Source: an uncultured beta proteobacterium
GTDB lineage: Bacteria > Pseudomonadota > Gammaproteobacteria > Burkholderiales > Gallionellaceae
DNA length: 64,000 bases
Direction: 5' to 3'
Assembly: GCA_963721755.1 (NCBI GenBank)
Contig: CAVRKV010000008.1
Span: 147,453 to 211,452, forward strand
A program made the translations under genes and the position numbers. Within the stretch, counting starts at the first letter, position 1. Each line of letters begins with the position of its first letter. A model generated the notes under the pieces. It ran no database searches, had not been told where the DNA came from, and saw nothing but the letters and a program-made list of their open reading frames with translations. This document shows positions 25,734 through 36,296 of this stretch, piece after piece.

Positions 25734-26078
25734 TTACTTGCCGATCTGGTTGCTAACCTTGTTTTCCTGCTGATTGAGTGTGTGCTGTTCTTGCTTGGTG
25801 ATGTGTCCGCCGTTCTGGCTGGCCATGTCTCGCTCTTCACTGCGAATTTGGTGATCTTCCTTGTGTAATTTTGCTGCCTGACCCTTGCTCATCTTGCCCT
25901 CTTTAACTTCCTGGTGGATGCGCTTGTTTTGATTATTGAGTCGTTTATTCACTTCATGACGGCGCGGATGGGTTTTGTCAAAATCGGATTCAGCTATGGC
26001 GCTTTCAGCCAAACCAGCCGCAAATACAGTCATAAGTGCGATTGCAACAATTTTTCCGGTTCCATTTTTATTAAACAT
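25734..26078 (-). CDS. Small secreted Lys/Gln/His-rich protein, possibly Spy/CpxP-like
   Basis: From the ATG at 26078 (preceded by AAAGGAGAA): signal peptide MFNKNGTGKIVAIALMTVFAAGLAESAIA. Two LTxxQ-like motifs (MSKGQ, ITKQEQ) are the only basis for the family suggestion. Confidence 0.45.
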   Translation of the reverse strand: MFNKNGTGKIVAIALMTVFAAGLAESAIAESDFDKTHPRRHEVNKRLNNQNKRIHQEVKEGKMSKGQAAKLHKEDHQIRSEERDMASQNGGHITKQEQHTLNQQENKVSNQIGK

Positions 26079-26464
26079 GTGTTCTCCTTTATTGCAGTTG
26101 GATGTCATTTTTTCTAACCACGTCGAATTTAACAAATAACCGGTGAGCAAGAATACTGAAGGATGTACTGATCGGTAATCGAGTTCGTTTCCACAGGTTG
26201 TTGCAAGGCGGTCGTCGTGGGAATACGCACTTGCAACGCAAACATTAACGCATGGCATTGATAATTCGCGGACATGAACCGATAAAAGGGAATGAATTCA
26301 AGATGAACGGTAATTGCCTGCTTTGGAAAGCAGGTTAATAAATGGCCCATTCAGACAGGCTCGGTTGGTTTGGGTTGATGCTAATAAAATGGTTATCCGC
26401 TTCCTGGACAGGCAACGGTATGCCTATTGTTGAAAAGCCCATTTTGCTTTTGGTTGCCCGAGGA

Positions 26465-27101
26465 TCATCGATTCATAAACACTTTTGCAATCGGTGAAAT
26501 TAATCGAGTTGCGAACGCTGTTTTCAAAAGGTGATTTGAAAGAACGGTGCTTACTAACACTGCGTCATTTCCGGATTGCGAGTCAAAGCGGATATCATCC
26601 CGGATACGGTCAAAGACTCGATGAACCGGTCTATGGTGCGGATGCAACTGCTGGGTTTGTTTATGAGTTCTTCGTCGGTGACATCTTTAAAATCCAGCGA
26701 CAGGACCGGCCCCGGAAAACATCGTTGCTGTCCATCGGCAAGCTGATCATAGCGCAGGATGAGCTGCAAAGCCGCTTTCAGCGATGCGTCGCCAGGCTGG
26801 GCAGCATGCTCGGGATGTTGCAGCAGGCTGCGCGCGCTGTCTCGCGGCTCGCGGCGTATTCGGATCAGTCCGCATTTTCTCCGAGCGGCCACGCATCAAA
26901 CCATGACATCGGCGTTGTGCAGAAGCGTGGGTCCTTGATGTCCCATATGCCTGCGCGGTATCGCCAATCCAGATTGGCGCGGCGCAAGTGTTCGACATTT
27001 CCTCGCGCGCGCAGCGTGACCAAGTCCGCATGCGCGAAAGCGCTATGGCCGGCGGATGCAACTAAATCATTGTTCGCTTGCAACACATCGGGCTGCTGCA
27101 A
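26465..27101 (-). pseudogene. Possible degraded gene (three abutting minus-strand ORF fragments in three frames)
   Basis: ORF-track fragments 26865-27101, 26554-26892 and 26465-26647 abut or overlap end to end on the minus strand in different frames. I do not recognise the family. Confidence 0.25.
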
Positions 27102-27302
27102 AATAGGTTGTTGTCGCGGTCGTCAGCCCTGTGCCACATGCAGACATTCAGAACGGCCTTGGCATAAATGGCCAGATCAAACTACATAGAGATTTTGCCT
27201 AGTATATGGGGCAAAAAGTATGGTTTAATATCCCAAATTCATTCGTTTCAAGTTACACCTTAGCATGTGTGCAAGCGGTAAATATTGCATGGGAGCGGGA
27301 TA

Positions 27303-28757
27303 ATGAAATTAACTAATCTTGCAGGTTTGATGTTCTGCGGATTGATGCTGGCGTCAAGCGGAGGCTATGCTCAAAAAGTCGACAATCAGGATGTAAGTAA
27401 CCCTGCAGCAAACGCAGCGCAAGCCAAGCATGAAGCTGAAGGGAAGAAAAAAGCCGAGAGCGACGCACGAGAAAAAACGCTGCTCGATGCCGATGCGCTG
27501 ATCAAAAGCGGTAAGCCTGCCGATGCCTATACCCTGCTGGAGCCGTTTGAGTTCGAACGATCCGGCGAAGTTCGCTTTGATTATCTGCTTGGTGTTGCCG
27601 CGCTGGACAGCGGCAAGCCGGACAAGGCAACACTCGCCTTCGAGCGGGTTCTGATGGTAGATCCGAATTTTGCTGGTGCGCGTATGGACATGGCCCGTGC
27701 CTATTACCAACTGGGCGATCTGCAACGCGCCAGTTCCGAATTCCAAACAGTCTTGAAACAAGATCCTCCCGAAGCGGCACGCGCCACCATCCAGAAATAT
27801 CTGGAAACGATTGCCGCGCAGGAATCCGCGAAACAGACGCGCATCAGCAGCTATGTTGAGGGCACGGTTGGGCGTGATAACAACGTCAACAACTCTACCA
27901 ACCTTTCACAATTCAGTATTCCCGCTTATCCTGGCAGTATTGCCACCCTGAATCCGACCAACGTGAAAACAGCCGACAATTACTTTGGGGTAGCTGCTGG
28001 AAGCGAAGTTGTTCACAGTCTGAATACCAACTGGGGATTATATGCCGGGGCGGATCTGCATCAGCGCGGCTACAACACGCAAACAAGTTTTAATTCACTC
28101 GATTTGAGTGGGCGCGCTGGTGTGATGTTTGGCGCGGAAGCCAACCGGTTACGCGCGGGTATGCTGGCAGAGGTGAACACCTTGGGCAATTCGCGCAACC
28201 TTGATGCAGGCGGCCTCGATGCGGAATGGACACATGTGCTTAGCCCAAGCAATCAATTGAATCTATTTGGTCAGTATGTGCAATATCGCTTTGCCCAGGA
28301 TGTTATGCAGGTGAATGACTTTAATCAGCAGGCTATTGGGGCCAGCTGGCTGCATGCGCTGGCAGATGGCAAGTCGACGCTGGCTGGCAGTTTTTATTAC
28401 GGCACGGAATCAGATGTCTCGACGATCATCACACCAGCCACTCCCAGTGGCGGACGAACCGACGGCGACATGCGTTTCAGCGGATTGCGCGTCGGCGGCC
28501 AGACATCTGTCAGTGAAAAAATGACACTGTTCGCCAATGCAGGTGAGCAATTGGGCGACTACAGCAAGGTCAATCCATTCTTTTTGACGCAACGCACTGA
28601 TCGGCTATCAAACCTGACACTGGGCGCGAATTGGCAGTGGTACAAATATTGGACTATGCGCCCGCAACTGGGTTATACGCGCAACAACTCGAATATTGTC
28701 ATCTATAGCTACAATCGCACCGATGTTTCGTTAACGCTACGGCGCGATTTCCAATAA
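27303..28757 (+). CDS. TPR + outer-membrane beta-barrel protein (Slam/DUF560-like)
   Basis: Signal peptide, then TPR repeats (for example MARAYYQLGDLQRASSEFQTVLKQDP). The C-terminal half has alternating beta-strand patterns and ends with SYNRTDVSLTLRRDFQ. This is the overall architecture of surface lipoprotein assembly modifiers. Confidence 0.55.
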   Translation: MKLTNLAGLMFCGLMLASSGGYAQKVDNQDVSNPAANAAQAKHEAEGKKKAESDAREKTLLDADALIKSGKPADAYTLLEPFEFERSGEVRFDYLLGVAALDSGKPDKATLAFERVLMVDPNFAGARMDMARAYYQLGDLQRASSEFQTVLKQDPPEAARATIQKYLETIAAQESAKQTRISSYVEGTVGRDNNVNNSTNLSQFSIPAYPGSIATLNPTNVKTADNYFGVAAGSEVVHSLNTNWGLYAGADLHQRGYNTQTSFNSLDLSGRAGVMFGAEANRLRAGMLAEVNTLGNSRNLDAGGLDAEWTHVLSPSNQLNLFGQYVQYRFAQDVMQVNDFNQQAIGASWLHALADGKSTLAGSFYYGTESDVSTIITPATPSGGRTDGDMRFSGLRVGGQTSVSEKMTLFANAGEQLGDYSKVNPFFLTQRTDRLSNLTLGANWQWYKYWTMRPQLGYTRNNSNIVIYSYNRTDVSLTLRRDFQ

Positions 28758-28780
28758 GCATACTTGAGCGGGGGTGTGGC

Positions 28781-29626
28781 ATGAAAAGCTTTGGCAAGGC
28801 GTTACTCTACCTGGCAGCCATACTGGCGCTGGCAAGTACTTGCGGCAGTGTTTATGCCGCCGTCGCGGGACATGTGCAGTTTGTGTATGGAGCCGTTCAG
28901 CTGACAACTGAGGCAGGAAAGACTCATCCGATACAGAAAGGCGAAGCGGTCAACGAAGGCGATACCCTGACTACTGCGCCAAGCGCCTCAGCGCAAGTCA
29001 AGATGGAGGATGGCGGTTTCATCGCCGTGCGTCCGGACACCAGACTCAAGTTCGACAGTTTCAAATTCAACGGACAGCAGGACGGGCACGAACAAAGTTT
29101 TTTTTCACTGTTTAAAGGCGGATTCCGTGCCATCACCGGCTTGATTGGCAAGATTAACAAGGCAAATTACCGCATCACCACGCCATCTGCAACCCTTGGA
29201 ATCCGGGGCACCGATCATGAAACCTTTGTGGTCGTGCCGGGCAGTCCGATGGCCTTATTCGCGCCCATCGGCACCTATAATAAGGTGAATCTGGGCGAGA
29301 CCACCATGACTACCACCAAGGGCACGATCTCCATTTTGTCTAACCAGATGGGTTTCGCCGGCGGTGCCGATCAAATGCCGCAATTGCAACCGCTTAACCT
29401 CAACATCTTCACAGTAGCGCCAGCCCCGACACCGCAAGCCAAGGGCAACAAGAAAGATGAGGGAATACGTGACAGTGCGGTAGTAGATAACGTTTTACAG
29501 GGGCAGGGTGCCGTGCTGGGGAGCACGCTGCCGACTAACACAAACTTTATACTGTTGCCCATTACTGCCAAAGTGACGACAACCTTAGGTACGGGGCTGC
29601 CAGTTACTACGGTTATAACATTCTGA
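28781..29626 (+). CDS. Secreted FecR-domain protein
   Basis: Signal peptide MKSFGKALLYLAAILALASTCGSVYA. FecR pattern GEAVNEGDTLTTAPSASAQVKMEDGGFIAVRPDTRLKF. Starts 24 nt after the preceding gene. Confidence 0.6.
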   Translation: MKSFGKALLYLAAILALASTCGSVYAAVAGHVQFVYGAVQLTTEAGKTHPIQKGEAVNEGDTLTTAPSASAQVKMEDGGFIAVRPDTRLKFDSFKFNGQQDGHEQSFFSLFKGGFRAITGLIGKINKANYRITTPSATLGIRGTDHETFVVVPGSPMALFAPIGTYNKVNLGETTMTTTKGTISILSNQMGFAGGADQMPQLQPLNLNIFTVAPAPTPQAKGNKKDEGIRDSAVVDNVLQGQGAVLGSTLPTNTNFILLPITAKVTTTLGTGLPVTTVITF

Positions 29627-29820
29627 CGGACTGCTGGTTCACGATGGGTGAAATATCGCTGGATATAATCCGCGGTGAGACCGGGTTTGCCGATAGTCGT
29701 ATCCTGAAACTTCTTTCGGAGACGCTGGGATTCATGGGAGATAGCATGGAGATCATCATGGCCGATCAAAGGGCAACAGTTGCATGTTAGGGTCTTAAAA
29801 CAACCTATTTTCCCATTGAG

Positions 29821-29849
29821 AATGGGCAGCCGCAACGGTTGCCCATTTT
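29821..29849 (+). terminator. Hairpin between convergent genes
   Basis: AATGGGCAGCC-GCAAC-GGTTGCCCATT (11 pairs including one G-T), followed by TTTA. Confidence 0.4.
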
Positions 29850-29871
29850 ACTTGTGCAGGTTACTGTGGAA

Positions 29872-30306
29872 TCAAATCTTGCTGCGTGCCCACTGCACGA
29901 TGCCGCCTGCGTCCATTGCGCCTGCCTGTCGCGCGATCTCGCGCCCGCCCACGAACAGTGCGAGGGTTGGGATGCTGCGGATGTTGTAACGGACCCCGAG
30001 TTCCTGAGCCTCCTCGGTGTTCAACTTTGCTAGGCGCATCCCCGGTTCCAGCTGCTTCGCGGCCTGTACGAAGGCAGGAGCCATCATGCGGCATGGGCCG
30101 CACCAAGGCGCCCAAAAATCCACCAGAACGGGAATGTCATTGCGGCTGATGTGCAGAGTAAAATTGCCGTTGCACAGTTCTACGGGGTGCGCATCGAACA
30201 AGGGCTGTTTGCACTTGCCGCAAGCCGGGTGTTCAGCCAATTTGTCGGCGGGCACGCGATTCACCCCGTCGCAATGCGGGCAGACGATGTGCAACGAGTC
30301 ACTCAT
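29872..30306 (-). CDS. trxC: Thioredoxin 2 (N-terminal zinc finger + thioredoxin fold)
   Basis: CPHC..(16)..CGKC zinc finger followed by the DFWAPWCGPCR active site. Collinear with E. coli TrxC. The ATG at 30306 is preceded by AAGGAA. Confidence 0.9.
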   Translation of the reverse strand: MSDSLHIVCPHCDGVNRVPADKLAEHPACGKCKQPLFDAHPVELCNGNFTLHISRNDIPVLVDFWAPWCGPCRMMAPAFVQAAKQLEPGMRLAKLNTEEAQELGVRYNIRSIPTLALFVGGREIARQAGAMDAGGIVQWARSKI

Positions 30307-30361
30307 GGATATTTCCTTTTCAGATTGCGACACGCACGAGGTGGGGACGCATCATGTAAAT

Positions 30362-31174
30362 TCAAATCCCACCCATCGAGTTGACCGGGCTCGGCAGAGT
30401 ATCAAGCCGAGCCGCAGCCTCGCCTTCGTGGAACATCCACAGGGAGCCGGGTTGCATGATCGCCCACGGTTCGTTGTCAGTAAGCGGCTGGGTGGCAATG
30501 ATTGCCACACGATCATTCGGCGTGGTCACCTGGCTGAAATCCACCGTCACGTCCTCATCTTTCAGGTGCGCCACGTTGAATGGGGCGCGCCGGATTATGT
30601 AGCTCAATTCGGTGGAGGAGTGTGCGAACAGGCAGTCCCCGTTGGAGAGCAAATAGTTGAAGATGCCCATGCCGGCGAGCGGGCAGGTGAGTTCATGCAG
30701 CACGGTGAACAACGCATCGCGTGATGGCGGCGCATCGCCGAATCGCCGGCGCAGGCTTTGCAGCAGCCAGCAAAAAATGAGCTCGCTGTCGGTATTGCCG
30801 ACCGGCACGAAGTCGCCATCCAGCACGGGCTGGAACTGCGGCAGGTTGCCGTTATGCGCGAATACCCAATAGCGTCCCCACAGTTCGCGCATGAAAGGAT
30901 GGGTGTTTTCCAGCGAGACCACGCCCTGCGTTGCTTTGCGGATATGCGCGATGACATTGAGCGAATGGATCGGATAGTTGCGCACCAGTTCGGCGATGGA
31001 AGATTGCATCGAAGGTTGCGGGTCGAGAAACAGACGAACGCCTTTGCCCTCGAAGAAGGCGATGCCCCAGCCGTCGGCATGGATGTCCGTACCGCCGCCG
31101 CGCTTCTGGAATCCGGTGAAGGAAAAACAGATGTCGGTCGGGATGTTGCAGTTCATGCCTAATAGCTGGCACAT
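30362..31174 (-). CDS. Class II glutamine amidotransferase (YafJ-like)
   Basis: MCQLLGM N-terminus with the catalytic Cys2, and a GHNG-type block (FAHNGNL). Confidence 0.8.
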   Translation of the reverse strand: MCQLLGMNCNIPTDICFSFTGFQKRGGGTDIHADGWGIAFFEGKGVRLFLDPQPSMQSSIAELVRNYPIHSLNVIAHIRKATQGVVSLENTHPFMRELWGRYWVFAHNGNLPQFQPVLDGDFVPVGNTDSELIFCWLLQSLRRRFGDAPPSRDALFTVLHELTCPLAGMGIFNYLLSNGDCLFAHSSTELSYIIRRAPFNVAHLKDEDVTVDFSQVTTPNDRVAIIATQPLTDNEPWAIMQPGSLWMFHEGEAAARLDTLPSPVNSMGGI

Positions 31175-31186
31175 AGCATAGCCATG

Positions 31187-32029
31187 TTATGTTCCGAGGC
31201 GCATTGAAAAATCGAGCGCCTCAATATCCTTCGTTAGAGCGCCTATCGAGATGCGATCAACACCAGTCAGCGCGACTTCGTGCAGGTTGTCCAGGGTGAT
31301 GCCGCCGGATGCTTCCAGTTCTGCGCGTTTGGAGGTGTGCCGCACTGCTGCGCGCAAATTGTCCAAATCAAAGTTGTCGAGCAGTATCAGTTTTGCTCCG
31401 GCATTCAAGGCTTCATCGAGTTGATCCAGGTTCTCCACCTCGATCTGCACGCTGATGCCCGGTTTGGCCAGGCGGTATGCTTGCGTCAATACAGCCTTGA
31501 TACCTCCGGCTGCGGCGATGTGGTTTTCCTTGATCAGAATGCCGTCGAATAAGCCGGCGCGCTGGTTATGTCCTCCGCCCACCCGCACCGCGTATTTTTG
31601 CGCCTGCCGCAGCCCTGGCAAAGTCTTGCGCGTATCCATGATCTTGACATTGATTCCTGCCACTGCATCCACATATCGTTTGGTGAGTGTGGCCGTGCCG
31701 GAAAGGGTTTGCAGCAGGTTCAAGGCGCTGCGCTCGGCGCTGAGCAAGGCGCGTGAATGACCGCGTATCGCGCACAGGGTTTGACCCGCGCTGATCCGGT
31801 CGCCATCCTTTGCCAGCCAGGTGATCTCGCAGTCCGGGTCCAGCAAACGAAAACATTCATCGAACCATTGTGTGCCGCACAATACACCTTGTTGCCGCGT
31901 GGTGACTTGTGCGGTCGAGAGTTGGTCCGCGGGCAACAGTTGTGCGGTCAAGTCGCCAGTGTGGACATCTTCATTGAGCGAGTTGGTGGCAATGTGATGT
32001 ATATATGCCGCAAGTTCGGACTCGAACAT
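31187..32029 (-). CDS. nadC: Nicotinate-nucleotide pyrophosphorylase (carboxylating)
   Basis: LDTRKTLPGLRQAQKYAVRVGGGHNQRAGLFDGILIKENH is the conserved quinolinate phosphoribosyltransferase core. Confidence 0.9.
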   Translation of the reverse strand: MFESELAAYIHHIATNSLNEDVHTGDLTAQLLPADQLSTAQVTTRQQGVLCGTQWFDECFRLLDPDCEITWLAKDGDRISAGQTLCAIRGHSRALLSAERSALNLLQTLSGTATLTKRYVDAVAGINVKIMDTRKTLPGLRQAQKYAVRVGGGHNQRAGLFDGILIKENHIAAAGGIKAVLTQAYRLAKPGISVQIEVENLDQLDEALNAGAKLILLDNFDLDNLRAAVRHTSKRAELEASGGITLDNLHEVALTGVDRISIGALTKDIEALDFSMRLGT

Positions 32030-32211
32030 GTATATTCCTATTGCAGGTTTGAATGAGCGTGCAGATTAACCCATGCGGGACCGTTCAGGAAGATTTGCCG
32101 GCATGTTCTGCGAGTGGCAGAGTCAGACAGAGAGAGCGGCCGGCAGGGAAAATGCCTGGAATACCGGCTTGGATCGCGGCCGGTTCCGTTTGCCAGAAAC
32201 CGCCGTTTATA

Positions 32212-33003
32212 CTAAAACCCATAAGAGACCGCAGCACCGACACTACGGTCCGGGTTGCCAGTGGAGAAGTCCTCCAGTAAGTAACCTCTGGCTTTGAAAC
32301 TTTTGTTGATGTTGTGACTTACATATGCGCTGAGCTGCCGTTGTCCTTGTTCCAAAGGCGTGGGACTTTGCGATAACCAGAAATCGATCCCTCCGCTTAT
32401 CTGATCATTGAGTTGATAAGCACCGCCGACCGAACCGTAGACTACCCTGTTCATGCTTATCCCGGCAGGATCCCCGTGAATCTTGTAGCCCAGCGAGCCC
32501 AGCGCCCTGAATTTATCGAAACTCTGATAGGCATCGGCCTGAGCCGCATAGTCGTTGAGCATAGAACCCAGGCTGAAAGATTTATCGGCAAGGCCGAGTT
32601 TAAACTTGCCGGTCAAATTGACTCCGAAAGTTGAAGCATTGCCTGTGTTAATGTTGTAAGTAGCCGCCGCTTCGCTGTCAATCAAGCCAGATTGGATGCT
32701 GTTGGCGGTGCTGCCGGCAACAATACCAATCCCGGGAATTGCGCTTCCCACAGCGGAGGCGCCCGCATTGGGAACTGTAAGTTTGAACGCCCAGGGACCG
32801 GTTTCGTACTTTCCGACCGTCGGTGTGGTGAGCATACCAGTGGTTTTGGCTGTGCCGTATTCGCCGGGGCTGACAAATCCGCTGAACAGGCTGAACTGCC
32901 CTGGGTCAGCCCGAGCATCCAAGGTTGCAAGTGTCGCGGCGCCAGCCAATGTGCCTGCCAGCAAAATCATCAATACCCTATTTCCCAAGCTGTATTTTTT
33001 CAT
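32212..33003 (-). CDS. Putative outer-membrane beta-barrel protein
   Basis: From the ATG at 33003: signal peptide MKKYSLGNRVLMILLAGTLAGAATLATLDARA, Gly/Ser/Tyr-rich alternating strands, and a terminal ...AVSYGF (aromatic C-terminus). Confidence 0.6.
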   Translation of the reverse strand: MKKYSLGNRVLMILLAGTLAGAATLATLDARADPGQFSLFSGFVSPGEYGTAKTTGMLTTPTVGKYETGPWAFKLTVPNAGASAVGSAIPGIGIVAGSTANSIQSGLIDSEAAATYNINTGNASTFGVNLTGKFKLGLADKSFSLGSMLNDYAAQADAYQSFDKFRALGSLGYKIHGDPAGISMNRVVYGSVGGAYQLNDQISGGIDFWLSQSPTPLEQGQRQLSAYVSHNINKSFKARGYLLEDFSTGNPDRSVGAAVSYGF

Positions 33004-33406
33004 GATCTGTAGCCTTTCCAGCCTGCCCGTTAATTCAGCATGGCATTTGCTTACTGCCCGAGGCACATTTTATCATTTTTTGGGGTTCTGGCTTGGCACT
33101 TCGTTTCATGCCGAAAACGTTGTTTCGTAATGCTTTTTTATTGTTCGATGCGGTTTGGTTAATGCAGAGCAAAACAAAATCAGCCAGCGTGTCTCTTGAT
33201 CGACGCTGATGGACGGCAGGGCGTTTAAAGGGCGCGAGTCATGGATGGCAAGGCGGTGCTTAACCCGCCAACAAATGCTCCATCACCTGGTCATTTCACC
33301 CTATCCGATGATCAACACACGTGTTGGCTTCTGAGGCATGGGTGTTTTAACGGAGGCAATGGGCAAGGTTGAATGCGAATGCGATCGATTCTAACCGTTG
33401 TATATC

Positions 33407-33835
33407 CTACTGATGATGTATCCCTATGCTTGCTGCGGCCAGGAAAACTTCACGAAGGAAGCATAGCAAACCGGAAATCAACGTCAGCATCGCTAAAATG
33501 AAAAGTAGTGACACGGCGCGAGATGGATCACTGCCTGTCTCCGAACCCACAAAAAGTGCTGCAATCACGATACAGATGAAGAGTGCAGACATTGTGCAGA
33601 GGCTGACTGCCCAATGAACCCATCGTGCTCTCCAGGTAAGAATCACCATTTCTTCCTTCTGCGCGGATTGTTCCTGATCACTTGCGTTGTTCAACACTCT
33701 GGTGCGATCGACGATGCGAGCCAGACGATTCGTGATCACGGAGAGAATGGCGCCTATACCGGTCAACAGAAAGACTGGCGCAACGGCCAGTTGAATGACA
33801 TGAGCGACAGTTGTAATGTCAGTAGCGTTTTGCAT
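33407..33835 (-). CDS. DUF2721-like membrane protein
   Basis: 142 aa with three TM segments. The N-terminal block VIQLAVAPVFLLTGIGAILSVITNRLARIVDR resembles DUF2721. Confidence 0.5.
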   Translation of the reverse strand: MQNATDITTVAHVIQLAVAPVFLLTGIGAILSVITNRLARIVDRTRVLNNASDQEQSAQKEEMVILTWRARWVHWAVSLCTMSALFICIVIAALFVGSETGSDPSRAVSLLFILAMLTLISGLLCFLREVFLAAASIGIHHQ

Positions 33836-33966
33836 GGTAATACCCCGTTCCTTGGTTCATTATTAATGAACAGATGTATTTTCGATCGATACAGGACAGG
33901 CAAAAACCAGGGCAATCACTTCTGCCCTGGTTTTGGCGCCGCCCGTTATCTTGCAAACAAGCCGGA

Positions 33967-36009
33967 TTAAAGCAGTGGCACGATCATCAACGCAACGATG
34001 TTGATGATCTTGATCAGCGGATTCACCGCAGGTCCCGCAGTGTCCTTGTAGGGGTCGCCAACGGTGTCGCCTGTTACTGCGGCCTTGTGTGCCTCCGAAC
34101 CTTTGCCGCCGAAGTTGCCTTCTTCGATGTATTTCTTGGCGTTGTCCCATGCGCCACCGCCGGCGGTCATCGAAATTGCGACGAAGATACCGGTGATGAT
34201 GGTGCCGACCAGTACGCCGCCGAGCGCTTGTGCGCCCAATGTCAAACCAACTATCAAGGGTACTGCGATGGGCAGAAGTGACGGGACGATCATTTCCTTG
34301 ATCGCGGCCTTGGTCAGCATGTCAACACAAGTACCGTATTCAGGTTTGCCGGTGCCTTCCATGATGCCGGGGATTTCCTTGAACTGGCGGCGCACTTCCA
34401 CCACTACCGATCCTGCGGCACGGCCAACCGCTTCCATGCCCATCGCGGCAAACAAGTAAGGCACCATGCCGCCGATGAACAGGCCGATGATGACCATGTG
34501 GTTGGACAGGTCGAAGGTCGTGACCACGCCACCCATCTTGGCCTGCAGAGCATGGGTGTAGTCGGCGAACAGTACCAGCGCGGCCAGACCGGCGGAACCG
34601 ATGGCATAGCCTTTGGTGACGGCCTTGGTGGTATTGCCTACTGCGTCCAGCGCATCGGTGATCTTGCGCACGTCAGGCGGTAATTTGGACATTTCGGCGA
34701 TGCCGCCGGCATTGTCGGTGATCGGGCCATAAGCATCCAGTGCCACGATGATACCGGCCATGGACAGCATCGAGGTCGCGGCGATGGCAATGCCGTAAAG
34801 TCCCGCCAGATGGTAGGCTCCCCAGATCGCCAGACATACGACGAGCACCGGCGCGGCGGTGGCCTTCATTGACACGCCCAAGCCCGCGATCACGTTGGTG
34901 CCGTGACCGGTAGTGGATGCTTCGGCGATATGACGCACCGGCGCAAATTCGGTGGCGGTGTAGTATTCGGTGATCCACACCATGGCTGCAGTCAGTGCCA
35001 GACCGATCAGGGTGGCATAATAAATATGCCGTGCCGAAACGATCATGTCACCTATGGTCACGCCATCGCCCATCATCATCGTGGTGATGGGATAGAAAGC
35101 GATTGCTGCCAGCACTGCCGAGACGGTCAGGCCGCGATACAGTGCGTTCATGATCTTGCCGCCTTCGCGTGCCTTGACAAAGAATGTGCCGACGATGGAA
35201 GCGATGATGGAGAAGCCGCCCAGTACCAGCGGATAGATCACCGCGTTGGGGCCGGCATCTTTCATCAGCAAGCCACCGAGAAGCATGGTGGCGATGATGG
35301 TGACCGCATAGGTTTCGAACAGATCGGCTGCCATGCCGGCACAATCGCCGACGTTGTCGCCGACGTTGTCGGCGATCACCGCCGGATTGCGCGGATCATC
35401 TTCAGGGATGCCAGCCTCGACTTTGCCCACCAGATCGGCACCCACGTCAGCGCCCTTGGTGAATATGCCGCCGCCAAGACGGGCGAAGATGGAAATCAGC
35501 GATCCGCCGAAGGCCAGGCCCACCAAGGCATGTGTCGCTTCCTCGGTATTGTTGCCCAGGATCATGGCGAGGAAAGCGTAATAGCCCGCCACACCGAGCA
35601 GACCCAGTCCCACCACCAGCATACCGGTGATCGCGCCACCCTTGAAAGAGACGTTCAGGGCTGCGTTCAGGCCCTCTTTGGCCGCTTCAGCCGTACGCAC
35701 ATTGGCGCGCACGGATACGTTCATGCCGATGTAGCCGGTCAATCCCGACAGGACCGCGCCGATGGCGAAGCCGACGGCAGTTGGCCATTTCAGCGCGACA
35801 AGAATAACGACAAACAAGATTGCACCGACTATGCCTATCGTGGTGTATTGCCGATTGAGGTAGGCGGAAGCGCCTTCCTGTATTGCGGCGGCAATCCCGC
35901 GCATTTTTTCGTTGCCGCTTGGTTTGCCTACAATCCATTTGATGGAAAATATGCCGTACAAGATTGCAACAGCAGAGCATAACAACGCAAATCCCAGACC
36001 ACCTGACAT
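33967..36009 (-). CDS. hppA: Membrane-bound H+-translocating pyrophosphatase
   Basis: From the ATG at 36009 (preceded by GGGGAGG). Contains the [29 protein letters not shown] and [14 protein letters not shown] signature motifs. Confidence 0.95.
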   Translation of the reverse strand: MSGGLGFALLCSAVAILYGIFSIKWIVGKPSGNEKMRGIAAAIQEGASAYLNRQYTTIGIVGAILFVVILVALKWPTAVGFAIGAVLSGLTGYIGMNVSVRANVRTAEAAKEGLNAALNVSFKGGAITGMLVVGLGLLGVAGYYAFLAMILGNNTEEATHALVGLAFGGSLISIFARLGGGIFTKGADVGADLVGKVEAGIPEDDPRNPAVIADNVGDNVGDCAGMAADLFETYAVTIIATMLLGGLLMKDAGPNAVIYPLVLGGFSIIASIVGTFFVKAREGGKIMNALYRGLTVSAVLAAIAFYPITTMMMGDGVTIGDMIVSARHIYYATLIGLALTAAMVWITEYYTATEFAPVRHIAEASTTGHGTNVIAGLGVSMKATAAPVLVVCLAIWGAYHLAGLYGIAIAATSMLSMAGIIVALDAYGPITDNAGGIAEMSKLPPDVRKITDALDAVGNTTKAVTKGYAIGSAGLAALVLFADYTHALQAKMGGVVTTFDLSNHMVIIGLFIGGMVPYLFAAMGMEAVGRAAGSVVVEVRRQFKEIPGIMEGTGKPEYGTCVDMLTKAAIKEMIVPSLLPIAVPLIVGLTLGAQALGGVLVGTIITGIFVAISMTAGGGAWDNAKKYIEEGNFGGKGSEAHKAAVTGDTVGDPYKDTAGPAVNPLIKIINIVALMIVPLL

Positions 36010-36296
36010 AATACCTCCCCTAAAGATAAGATAAATCAGCCAACCGCCCCAGCATCCAAATACATGGCATCCAAATGCATGGTAGAGCACCCAGAAGCAA
36101 CTTCAGGTGTCCCGGAAGCAACTCCAAGAGTCTAGGATACTTCGGATTCCGGATAATGACATGATATTTTGAAATGCCGCTTTTCTACGCTTGAAATTTG
36201 TGCTTGGGTATTTCAAATCTGGCAAGCGCTTTTTATAGGAGCATGACGATGTGGAAACTGAATTGGGCCATGCGGCATGGCCGTGCGTTCGCGGGG

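Noticed and set aside
26485-27189. 234-aa plus-strand ORF in the low-GC patch.
   Set aside because: It has an Arg/Cys/Ser-rich translation with no ribosome-binding site. The minus-strand fragments look more like a decayed gene.
36169-36216. TTGAAAT-N15-TTGAAAT-N12-ATTTCAA motif array upstream of hppA, considered as an operator.
   Set aside because: The 7-mers are AT-rich and could occur by chance in an AT-rich promoter region. I recognise no known regulator consensus.
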